Shown here piece after piece: positions 10,300 through 20,910 of a stretch of DNA of 23,321 nt; positions within the stretch are counted from its first letter, which is position 1; each line of letters opens with the position of its first letter. Below the pieces are notes generated by a model, which was not told the DNA's origin, ran no database searches, and saw nothing but the letters and a program-made list of their open reading frames with translations. Position numbers and translations under genes: made by a program. Source of the DNA: Octopus sinensis (Eukaryota); NCBI RefSeq assembly GCF_006345805.1, contig NW_021836631.1:1-23321 (forward strand), written 5' to 3'.

Positions 10300-10818
10300 C
10301 CTCCAACATACACACACACACACACGTCTCCTTACATCCGACATACAGCTACGCAGCCCCAACCTCTGTCATAGTCTATGTTTGTGTGTCGCGCGTCTGC
10401 TGCGCACGCACATACATGCACACACACACGCACACACACACATACATGCACACACACGCACACACACAAACATGCACAAACGCGCGCACACACACACAAA
10501 CATGCACACACGCGCGCTCGCATACACGTACATTCCCTCGCTCTTTTTTCCCTTCACACACAAATCAGTTCACACACACATACATACATACACATATATA
10601 TATATATACACCTATGTATATATACATGCAATATTATATATATATATTATATATATATATATACCATATATGCATATATGTATGTATATGTATATATATA
10701 TATATGCATGCCTGCATACATATAAATATGAATATACCCACATACATGCACACTCATATATAAATGTATATATATGGATATAAATATGCACACACTCACA
10801 TATACACACGTGTGAACG

Positions 10819-10863
<45 letters not shown>

Positions 10864-11104
10864 TCTAATTATATATATATATACATAGACAGATATACGC
10901 ATATATACATGCAAACATATACATCCATTACACACAGGAATACACACATACACACACACAACACACACACATATATATGTATATACATACATACATACAT
11001 ATAGACCAAATAGATATAGACACAACATACTACACGCACACATGCACACATACACACACCCATAGACAAATGAGCACACACACACGCACGAATGCACTCA
11101 CACA

Positions 11105-11135
<31 letters not shown>

Positions 11136-11140
11136 CACGA
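10300..11140. repeat. (CA)n, (TA)n and (CATA)n compound microsatellite
   Basis: Directly visible. Confidence 0.92.
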
Positions 11141-11539
11141 GCCTTACTCACATAGGATAGACACACAGACAGCCTGGCAGGGAGATGTATCCGTTGTTTT
11201 GTCTATGATGCAACTTTCAGTGCAACACAGATGCATTGCTGCAGTAAGAGATAAACAAAACAACACGAACATAAAATGCATTATTGCAGTTAGGTTGCAC
11301 CATCACGGACCTCAATCTCCCGCAACACCGCTACCGACGCCGCCACTTCTGCACCTTGCTGCACGTTTCTATGCACCTCGGCTTTCTTTCCTCTAGTAAT
11401 AAATCTGCGATCAACACAAGCGCTCCGCTTTTATCCCAATGGCCACCACCACCGGCTTCCTCATCAATACTGCTACAAAAACTACTAATTTCGCTAGCAC
11501 AAGGCATCACCACTAGCAATACTCTCGCCAATACTACCG

Positions 11540-12630
11540 CGACCTACACCACAACCATCACCGTCATCACCACCAGCATCATGACCAATACCATCATCAC
11601 TGCCATCACCTTCACTAGTGTCATCTCTGCGATTATCATCATCCTTATCACCATCACCATCACCACCACCACTGTAACCACCGCAACCACCATCACCACA
11701 ACTATCACCATCAACACTACCACCACCACCACCGCCACCACCGCCACCACAGCCATTACTATAACCACCACCACCATCAACATCACCACCACCACCACCA
11801 CCGCCATCACCACCATCATCATCCCCACTACCACCATTACCACCATTAACACTACCGCCACCACCACCACCACCATTACATTCCCAGATATTTCCAACAT
11901 TGCCCTGCCTTCCCCACCCCACTACCACCACTACAGGTACGACTTCAATCATCACCACCCCCGTTACCACTGCCAGCATCATTACCACCACTACGTCCAC
12001 CACCACTATCATCATCACCACCACCACCGCCATCACCACCATTACAATCCCGACTATCACCAACATTGCCCTGCTTTCCTCCTCACCACCACCACCACCA
12101 CTACAGCTACCACTTCAATCATCACCACCAACGCTACCACTGCCAGCATCACCTCACCACCACATCGCCACAACCAGTACCACTACTACTACCATCACCA
12201 ACACTGCATCCTCATTTCATCACCATCATCACCAACACCATATCAACCACCTCCATTACAACTACCAATACAACCATCATCATCATCACCATCACCACCA
12301 ACTGTAGCGCAACTACCACCGCAATAACCACTACCACCTCAACCACAATCAGCATTAGCACCATCACAACAGCCACCAGTACCACCCCACCCCCACCCCA
12401 CCCACCTCACCCCCCACTACAACAACAACAACAACAGTCTAGTACACGTTGTTGCCCATTTCTCTACTATATCCTTGATCCCTTTTTCCTCCCCCCCCCA
12501 TCTCTACCCGCTATCATACCATGGCCACCCCTTGCAATTGTTACTCCAATCTCACTACATATACATATTCACCTTATCTACCAACCACCAACCATCACCA
12601 CCATCACCGTCATCACCATCGCCGCTACAC
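11540..12630. repeat. (ACC/ATC)n low-complexity tract with a nested tandem unit of about 166 bp
   Basis: Trinucleotide repeats. caacattgccctgc recurs at 11895 and 12061. Confidence 0.88.
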
Positions 12631-12899
12631 TGCTGTAAATTAGTCGTTCACTTCCCCGCTTTTCCGATATCGCAGTTATATCGCAACCGGCTTTTCTATG
12701 CATGCACCCCCCCAACCACAACCACCACCGACACCACCACCACACCATCATCATCATCTGCTATTGTTACCCAACAACCCACACACCCCTATGCAGTTTC
12801 ACTGCACCGCTGTTGCACCGTTAGCCATCGCTACCTGCTTTTACTTCAACTATTGCAGCAAGCGGGTGTTTAAAAGCTACACAGTTACTGACAGAACAT

Positions 12900-13171
12900 C
12901 ACCTACTACTACTACTACTACTACTACTACTGCAGCTGATGAAAAAACAACTACTACAACAACAACAACAGCAATTACTACACTACTACTACTACTACTT
13001 ATCCGAATACAACAGCAACAACTAATACTAACACTACTAATACTGCTACTGCTATTGCTGATACAATAACAACAACAACAACAACTAATACTAACACTAC
13101 TTCCACTGCTACTGCTGCGGCCGATGATGATACTACAAAAACGACAAAAACAACTACTACTACTGCTGCTG

Positions 13172-13206
<35 letters not shown>

Positions 13207-13220
13207 GCTACTACTACTTT

Positions 13221-13255
<35 letters not shown>

Positions 13256-13560
13256 TTACTACTACTACTACTACTACTACTACTTTTACTACTACTACTA
13301 CTACTACTACTACTACCGTAACTGCATGCAAGAGTAGAAACAATAGCAAAGGATTGCAACAACTGTAATAACAACTGTGAAAACAATAGGAACAACAACA
13401 ACGACCATAGTAACAACGGCAACAATAACAACAACTACAACTACTACAACAGTCTAAGGGAGTTCCAATATTAACCACAACTACAACAACAATAACAACA
13501 ACATCAGGAATCAGGATATTAAGAACAATAACGACAACATCAACAACAACAACTGTCCCA
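12900..13560. repeat. (ACT)n and (AAC)n tract
   Basis: Directly visible. Confidence 0.9.
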
Positions 13561-13614
13561 ACATCGTTTACAACTGTAACAAGAGAAATAACATGAATAT
13601 AGCAACCAAAAACA

Positions 13615-13848
13615 GTGGTGTAAGATTTTGGTACAGAACCAGCTGTTTTTGAGGGGAGGGGGAAAAGTCGAATACAATCAACCCCAATACTTGACAGGTA
13701 CTTATTCATTTTGTTGCCCCACCTGCACCCCATGAGAGGGGTGGAAGGTAAAGTCGATCTGGGCGGAATTTGAAAGTGTCACCGTTACGACTTGTTGTTT
13801 TAAAGGTTTTGTCCGGCGCGAGAAAGATTCCGCCAGTGCACCGCCTTA
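13615..13848 (-). mobile_element. SINE family C, diverged
   Basis: Contains aaagtcgatctgggcggaatttgaa and gattccgccag, homologous to the other C copies. Confidence 0.7.
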
Positions 13849-13886
13849 ATGATAATGATAACAACAACAACAACAACAACAGCAAC

Positions 13887-13945
<59 letters not shown>

Positions 13946-13980
13946 TAGCAATAATAATTTCATTTATTTGCCACAAGGGT

Positions 13981-14315
13981 GAAGCATCATAGCCATGTGT
14001 TGAGAGGAATTCTTTGGGGTTTTGAATAATTCACCCCTGGAAGCCTGGGTGTTTCGTCCCAACATCCTTAAATAACTCTTATTCAAGTACATTTTGAGCG
14101 GGATGGGCTACTCGACCAGAAGAAAATTCTAGCTGGGCTCTACCTGCAAGGTCATGCGCTGTTTATCTTGATATGAGATCACCATGTTACGCACATATGG
14201 TTTGTGATGCATGTGCCTTGTGTACCCTTATCAGACGGATAATCATATTTTACGGATAATCATATTTCGTATATTTTACCCCAGTGCCACTTTAATGGCA
14301 TGCATTGCTCTCTCA
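13981..14315 (+). repeat. Dispersed repeat family D (SINE-like), copy 1
   Basis: Inverted homolog at 16476-16815. Confidence 0.88.
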
Positions 14316-14365
14316 CACGACAATGATAATGATTTCATTTATTTGCCACTAATATTTCTTCCAGC

Positions 14366-14558
14366 TAAAGGCACAAGGCCTGAAGTTTTTGGGGAGAAGA
14401 CCAGTCGATTACATCGACTCCAGAGTTTCACGTGTACCTAATTTATCGACTCCGAAAGGATGAAAGGCAAAGTCAACCTCGACGGAATTTGAACTCAAAT
14501 CAATCAGACGTATGAAATACCACTAAGCATGCTGAGTGGTGTGCAAACGATTCTACCA

Positions 14559-14560
<2 letters not shown>
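14366..14560 (-). mobile_element. SINE family C
   Basis: aaggcacaaggcctgaa...gatgaaaggcaaagtc...ggaatttgaactc...gattctaccagc. Confidence 0.85.
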
Positions 14561-14625
<65 letters not shown>

Positions 14626-14650
14626 TTGATGATGATGATGGTGTGCCAAC

Positions 14651-14768
14651 TTTAGGCGCAAGGCCTAAAATTTGGGGTGGGAGGAAGTCAATTACATCGA
14701 CTCCAGTATTCAACTGGTACTTTATTGACCCCGAAAGGTTGAAATGCCGTTAAGTATTCTGCCAGCTC
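14651..14768 (-). mobile_element. SINE family C, internally deleted
   Basis: The 3' half and the extreme 5' end are present; the B-box region is absent. Confidence 0.75.
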
Positions 14769-14773
14769 ATCCC

Positions 14774-14986
14774 TTCTACTAAAGACACAAGGCCTGAAAT
14801 GTTGGGGGAGGAGACTAGTCGATTACACTGACCTCAGTGCTCAACTGGTACTTGTTTTTTTCGCTCCCCGAATAGGATAAAAGACGAAGTCGACCACGCA
14901 GGAATTTGAACTCGGAACGTAAAACCGAAAGAAATGCCGCTAAGCATTTTATCCGGCGTGGTAACGATTCTGGCAGCTCGCTGCCT
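14774..14986 (-). mobile_element. SINE family C, full length
   Basis: Homologous over its length to 15605-15821 in the opposite orientation. Confidence 0.88.
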
Positions 14987-15181
14987 TCTAAAGAATAACA
15001 ATTAATAATAACTCCTCACTACTACCACTGCCACCACTGCCATCATCATCATCATCATCATCAAAACAGCTATCATAACCACAGCATCGCCGCCACCATA
15101 ACCAACTCCAAAAACAATATTATCAAATTACCAACAAGTACCACAACATTACTAGCAATAGTAGCAGCAGTAGTATAATTA

Positions 15182-15556
15182 TTATTACCCCCGCTTTAGC
15201 GAAAGCGGAGGTATTGTTTTCAGTTGTATTTGTTTGTTTATTTGTCCGTGAACAAGATATCTCAAGAACCGCTGGATGGATTCGGATGACACTTCCAAGA
15301 ATGTTTGGCCTCGTGACTGACACGAGTTGATTAGATTTTGGGATCGATCCGGTATCGGACAAGGATTCTGGATTATTTTTCCTGTTGTTTTTTCCTTTAT
15401 TTTTGAGAGCGGTCGGGTTCATATTTATTTTTTTTCGTTTGTTAGAGTAGTCGAGTTTATTTCAGATATTCTCATTTCAAATATCATCTCCGGCTAATCG
15501 TTGAGAGGACGTTGGTGTTGCCTTGGCGGAGGCTTGCACTCTCTGCAGAGTGCGAG
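15182..15556 (+). mobile_element. Helentron-associated non-autonomous element (HINE / DINE-1-like)
   Basis: 5' end ttattacccccgc with hairpin ccgcttt-agcg-aaagcgg (15191-15208) and a tgtttgtt tract. 3' end ccttggcggagg subTIR followed by hairpin gcactct-ctgc-agagtgc (15536-15553). Confidence 0.7.
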
Positions 15557-15604
15557 GTGATATTCAGACTATCAACAGTTGACATAAATTGTTATTATTA
15601 TTAA

Positions 15605-15821
15605 GGTGGCGGGCTGGCAGAATCGTTAGCACGCTGGACGAAATACTTGGCGGTATTTCGCCCGTCGCTACGTTCTGAGTTCAAATTCCGCCGAGGTCGA
15701 TTTTTCCTTTTATCCTTTTTGGGGTGTCGATGAATTAAGTACCAGTAAAACACTGGGTTTGATGTAATCGATTAGTCCTCTGCCTCCAAATTTTTGGCTT
15801 TGATTCTTTAGTACAAAGGAT
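15605..15821 (+). mobile_element. SINE family C
   Basis: ggctggcagaatcgttagc...gagttcaaattcc (B box)...tttatcctttt-ggggtgtcgatgaattaagtaccag. Confidence 0.88.
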
Positions 15822-15823
15822 TA

Positions 15824-16052
15824 CAGTAATCCCTCGTCATATCGCGGTCCACCTATTGCGGTTTACTATCCAAGCTTACGTCGATTCCTCTGTGGTGCTG
15901 TTTTGCATTTATAATAAAATAAATATATACTAATCATAAAAAATAATAATAAAAATACAGTATAGCACTGTTTCCAAATCGTGGATTTTCACGTATCGCA
16001 GGGGTGGGGTTGGGGTAGGAACGCAACGCCCGCGATAGTCGAGGGATTACTG
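15824..16052. mobile_element. Tc1/mariner-superfamily (pogo/Tigger-like) MITE
   Basis: Perfect 13-bp TIR cagtaatccctcg / cgagggattactg, extending imperfectly to about 24 bp. TA on the left flank, TT on the right. Confidence 0.82.
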
Positions 16053-16069
16053 TTTTATTACTGTTGAAA

Positions 16070-16277
16070 GGTAGCGAGCTGGCAGAATTGCTAGCACACC
16101 GGGCAAGCTGCTTTAGCTACATCTTTATGTCTTTACGTTCTGAGTTCAAATTTCGCCAAGGTCAATTTTGTCTTTCATTATTTCGGGGTCGGTAAATTAA
16201 GTACGAGGCAATTACTGGGGTCAGTGTGATCGACTAGTCTTCTCCACCAAATTTTGGGCCTTGTGCCTATAGTAGAA

Positions 16278-16278
<1 letters not shown>
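16070..16278 (+). mobile_element. SINE family C followed by an (ATT)n tail to about 16470
   Basis: Homologous to the other C copies. Confidence 0.88.
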
Positions 16279-16312
<34 letters not shown>

Positions 16313-16335
16313 GATCATTACTATTATTATTATTA

Positions 16336-16366
<31 letters not shown>

Positions 16367-16373
16367 AATTATA

Positions 16374-16408
<35 letters not shown>

Positions 16409-16409
16409 C

Positions 16410-16441
<32 letters not shown>

Positions 16442-16475
16442 CATTATTATTATTTTTATTATTATTATTAATGAA

Positions 16476-16815
16476 TGAGAGCGCAGTGCATGCCATCAAA
16501 GTGACACTGGGATAAAATATATGAAGCCCAGTTTACCCATCATGACTATCCGTCTGATAAGGGTACACTAGGCACATGCATCACAAACCATTTGTGCGCG
16601 ACATGGTGATCTCATATCAAGATTAACAGCGCATGACCTTGCAGGTAGAGCCCAGCTAGAATTTTCTTCTGGTCGAGTAGCCAATCTCGCTCAAAAGATC
16701 CCTGAATAAGGGTTGCTTAGGGACCCATGTTTCCCGAGGTGAACTATCCAAACCCAATAGAATTCTTCTCAACACATGGCTATGATGCTTCCCCACTGCT
16801 TCTGCTCCATAATCA
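16476..16815 (-). repeat. Dispersed repeat family D, copy 2 (inverted)
   Basis: 16547-16682 is the reverse complement of 14106-14241 with 5 mismatches in 136 nt. Confidence 0.88.
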
Positions 16816-16849
16816 TACAACCGCCACTTCCACTACCAACGATACTACC

Positions 16850-16987
16850 ATGGTGATATGGTGATGGTGGTAGTGGTGGTGGTGGTTTTGGGGTAGTTGT
16901 GGTGTTGATGGTGGCGTTGGTTGAATGATAATCACAATCATGATCATTGTGAATATATCAATGACGACAACGACAACGACCACGATG

Positions 16988-17038
<51 letters not shown>

Positions 17039-17196
17039 CGATGACGACGATGACGATGGTGACGATGATGATGATGATGACGATGACGATGATGACGATG
17101 ATGATAGTGTTGGTAGTGCTGGTGATGATGGTGATGGTCGTCGTGGTCGTGCTGGTGGTAGTGGCAATGTTGGCGGTGATGGTGGCGGGATGATGT

Positions 17197-17227
<31 letters not shown>

Positions 17228-17415
17228 GGCGACGGTGATTAGGATAAGGATAGCGGCGGCGGTGGCGGCGGCGGCGGCTGTGGAGGTGGCAGTGGTGGTA
17301 GTGGTAAAAGTGATGTGTTGGTCGTGGGGATCGTGGGAGTAGTGATGAAAGCGATGGCAAAGTCTCGGTTGATGGTGATAACGACGATAGCGATGACGAC
17401 GACGATGAAGGCGAC

Positions 17416-17469
<54 letters not shown>

Positions 17470-17560
17470 ATGATGATGATGATGATGATGATGATGATGG
17501 TAGTAAAGAAATAGAGGATGGAGAAGAGGAATAGCAGGAAGAAAGGGGGGGTGTTGATAA
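16850..17560. repeat. (GAT)n and (GGT)n tract
   Basis: Directly visible. Confidence 0.92.
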
Positions 17561-17721
17561 TAATGATGACGGCAGCTTCGTAGTACTCGAGCCCATACGT
17601 GCGTACAGAAGGCCGGCATCTCTTTTAAATTGGACTTTCAGGTTTAGCGCCTCATTAACAGCGGCCTCTTGCACCGGTCTGATTTAGCGGTGCTTGCTAC
17701 TCTATAACAACGTTGGCCACA

Positions 17722-17763
<42 letters not shown>

Positions 17764-18071
17764 CACACACACACACACATACACACACTCACACACACAC
17801 ACAAACAAGCATGCATGTTGGCGATTGCACTGGGAACTTTGACAATAGTAAGGAGAAGAGCATCATCGGATGTCAGCATAAATAATCTGCCGTTGATGGG
17901 AATGTTTTGGTGATGATGTCCTTCAAGCGATTAGTTCCCTCTTGACTACCTTTCTGGCCAGTTCATAGACGTGTACTGGCCAGCGGTCAAATTAAATAGA
18001 TGAAGCAATGCTGAAAAGAATTTTCCGGCATAAGTTGAACATGCACGTATGCACGCATGCAAGCGCGTACA

Positions 18072-18074
<3 letters not shown>

Positions 18075-18129
<55 letters not shown>

Positions 18130-18490
18130 GAGGGACAGAGAGAGAGAGACAAAGAGGGACAGAGAGAGACAGAGCGAGAGGGAAATTTAATCATGTATGC
18201 GTGCATGTATGCATTCATAAATACATATGTATACACATGTATACCTATCTGTCTACATGCATACATAGAGGTATGCATACATAATACATACATGTATACA
18301 CACACGCATACATAAATACATCCATTCATTTATCCATACATACATGCATACATACATACACATACATACATATATACATACATACATACATACATACATA
18401 CATACAAACGTACATACATGCATGTAACTATAGGCGTGAGAATACATACATACATACATACATACATGCATACATAATATATAAATATAT
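18075..18490. repeat. (GA)n, (GACA)n and (CATA)n microsatellites
   Basis: Directly visible. Confidence 0.9.
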
Positions 18491-18718
18491 ACATATATAC
18501 ATACATATATGTACATACCTACATCTATATGTATATATACATGCATATATAGGTACAGGACATAAAAAAAACGTTGAACACAATGAAAAACGAAAACATA
18601 AAAACAAAAACATGGAAACGAACTTTTTTTTCAAACAACGAAGAAAACAGAGTACAAGACATACAACACAAGGAATATTCCCCTTCTTCAGTTGCCCCTG
18701 TTTCGTCTACTCCGCATT
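18490..18718 (-). repeat. Inverted copy of the 55-300 repeat
   Basis: Visual alignment. Carries CTGAAGA where the first copy has CTGATGA. Confidence 0.7.
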
Positions 18719-18826
18719 TACATACATACATACATACAAATCTACGTTTATGCCAATAATAATTGGAGCACTTAGTTTTGTAAGTAAATGCCCAACTGTC
18801 AGTCTGGTACAAGCTTGGATTTTCAG

Positions 18827-18871
18827 AAAATGAAAATCATCCAATTGATTCTCGCATTACAGATAGAATCT
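18827..18871 (+). CDS. Candidate 45-nt phase 1-1 exon (ENENHPIDSRITDRI), product unknown
   Basis: ttttcag acceptor, gtaagc donor, length divisible by 3 and an open frame in unique sequence. No homology recognised. Confidence 0.25.
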
Positions 18872-19066
18872 GTAAGCGGAAGAGTAAAACTATGAGAAAT
18901 GCAAGACATTTCTCATGTCTAAAATATATTGTTTTCGTTATGTACTTTCCAACGATGGAGATTTGTATCTTTGTTAGAAACCAGCTCCTTCTTCAGAGGA
19001 AGATTTCATGAAATTAATAACAGAACAGAACAGAACATAGATACATAGATACATACGAACCACACA

Positions 19067-19138
<72 letters not shown>

Positions 19139-19582
19139 ATACAGACACATTCATGCATACATATATAAATTCATTCATACATACATACATAAACAGAAGT
19201 ATATATTTTCGCACAAGTTCGTAAATGTGTTGGTGTGTCTTGGGAGGGTCGGTACGCCAATAATAAACACACATGCTGCTTAAATTTCACTTCATTTTTT
19301 AAAAGCTCATCTGAAACAGAGAGGGTACATTGATGAAATCGCGAATGCTTTCGCAAACGACTGATTGATTGATTAACCGATTAATTAAGCAAGCTATCAA
19401 GTAGCTAGTTTGCCTAAAAACTAACCATGGCATAATACATAATTATCCTTCTAAGATACAACAAATTTTTTTTCCAATAGACAACTACACATTAAGAAAC
19501 ATACAAACGAAATATAAGACGAAGTTAATGTCTTGATTACAAATTTCTATCACAGAACAAGCATCTTCAACTTAGCCCAGAA

Positions 19583-19640
19583 TGTATTTGTCACTGAGGA
19601 GGTCGATTCAGATCGAAACCCCATGTCTGGCAATCTAACA
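19583..19640 (+). ncRNA. Type I hammerhead ribozyme (apparently intact)
   Basis: ttgtca-CTGAGGA-ggtc[gattca]gatc-GAAAC[cccat]GTC-tggcaa. The core is complete and all three helices pair. Predicted cleavage is after C19627. Confidence 0.85.
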
Positions 19641-19820
19641 GGCGTTCTTAACGGAGTCCTGCATTTTTAACACAAAAGTCTCTTTGAGAAGTTTCTCTGA
19701 GACAAAATATGGCAGTTAGTGCCGTTTCTCGTTTTGTAAATACATTATGAATGTTATGCACAGCGGTATATATATATATATATTATATATATATATATAT
19801 ATAGATATATATATACATAC

Positions 19821-19861
<41 letters not shown>

Positions 19862-19917
19862 TATATACATATATATATATATTATATATATATATATATA
19901 TTATACATATATATATA

Positions 19918-20889
19918 CACCAGACATGACAGAAGTAAAAAGACACGCTTATATTATTAAAGTTTCTTTAAATCTGAAATTATACATTCAAATTATTTAT
20001 TAATAGTTAAAATGTAAATATTTAATACTTAGTAGACAAGCCCTTTGCGTTTTTCAATGCAAGGACTTTATTAAGCACGTTACTGATCAGATGACAAATA
20101 TTCTCTTGCGGAATATCTTGCCAAGTTTCAGGCAGTAATCTCAAAAGATCTGGCTTTGAAGATGCTTTCTTGTTCTTTTTATGAAGTGTCCTGTCCATTA
20201 TGACTCAGATGTGCTCAATAGGTTTCATATCTGGTGACGGGCTTGGACATGGAAACTTTATAATGCCATTTTCATCCAACAAATCTTGGGTCATTTTAGT
20301 CGTGTGACATGGAGCCTCATCTTCCATAAATAGTCTTGTTTAATCATTTCACGACTGGAGAAGATTGGAAGGAGTCCTTTCTATATGAGCACATATTTAT
20401 CTGAGTTTATATTTCCCTCACATTCCACCAGCTCTGATCAACCATTGCTTCAAATTGCTCCCCAGACCATCACAGAATAGTTACCGTGTTTCATTGTTGG
20501 CTGCAATCTTTTCACATCGAATACTTGATCACAGAGTTTCCAGAACGACGTTCGACCACTGTCAGGAAATACAACAAATCTTGACTAATCGAGAATATGA
20601 CAGTGTTTCAAAATGCTAGTGGCCTCTCCACCATTTTATTGGTCCAATCTTTTCTCCGCTTGATGTTCGCTGGTCGAAGAAGTGGCTTCCTTCTTGCAGC
20701 TCTGCGATAGTAGCCAAGTTGGTGGAGGTACCTGACAGCTGTTCTGGGACTGACATCAACTTGTTCTGCTATGTCAGAGGCCTTGCACCAAGGATTATCC
20801 TCCACACTTCTCTTAACAAAGAGAAGGGTCCTGTCAGAGGCCCCTGGATGATCTGAGCAAGGTGATGTGGACTCCTTCCTCTTTCTCTA
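19918..20889 (-). mobile_element. Tc1-like DNA transposon, 5'-truncated
   Basis: Contains the transposase remnant below. A putative terminal repeat begins TA|caccagacatgacagaag at 19918; no partner TIR was seen. Confidence 0.85.
20022..20885 (-). pseudogene. Tc1 (DD34E) transposase pseudogene
   Basis: VSPRTAVRYLHQLGYYRRAARRKPLL...VIFS(D*S)RF...PTMKHG..SVMVWG...EGNINSDKY...FMEDEAPCHT...SPDMKPIEHI...KGLSTKY*. 34 residues lie between the second D and E. Several stops and frameshifts. Confidence 0.92.
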
Positions 20890-20910
20890 AATATATATAT
20901 ATATATATGT

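Noticed and set aside
10257-11396. HT, YI and CV dipeptide-repeat ORFs (also at 145-517, 3579-4506, 5115-5761, 8820-9423, 17694-18634 and 19716-19946)
   Set aside because: They are dinucleotide and tetranucleotide microsatellite artefacts.
11284-12327. 347-aa Thr/His-rich ORF
   Set aside because: It arises from stop-free (ACC/ATC)n repeats, overlapping ORFs occur in several frames on both strands, and no domain is recognisable.
12877-13733. Poly-Ser, poly-Val and poly-Leu ORFs
   Set aside because: They are translations of (ACT)n and (AAC)n microsatellites.
16178-17674. Poly-Ile, Asn, Met, His and Ser ORFs
   Set aside because: They are translations of (ATT)n and (GAT)n tracts.
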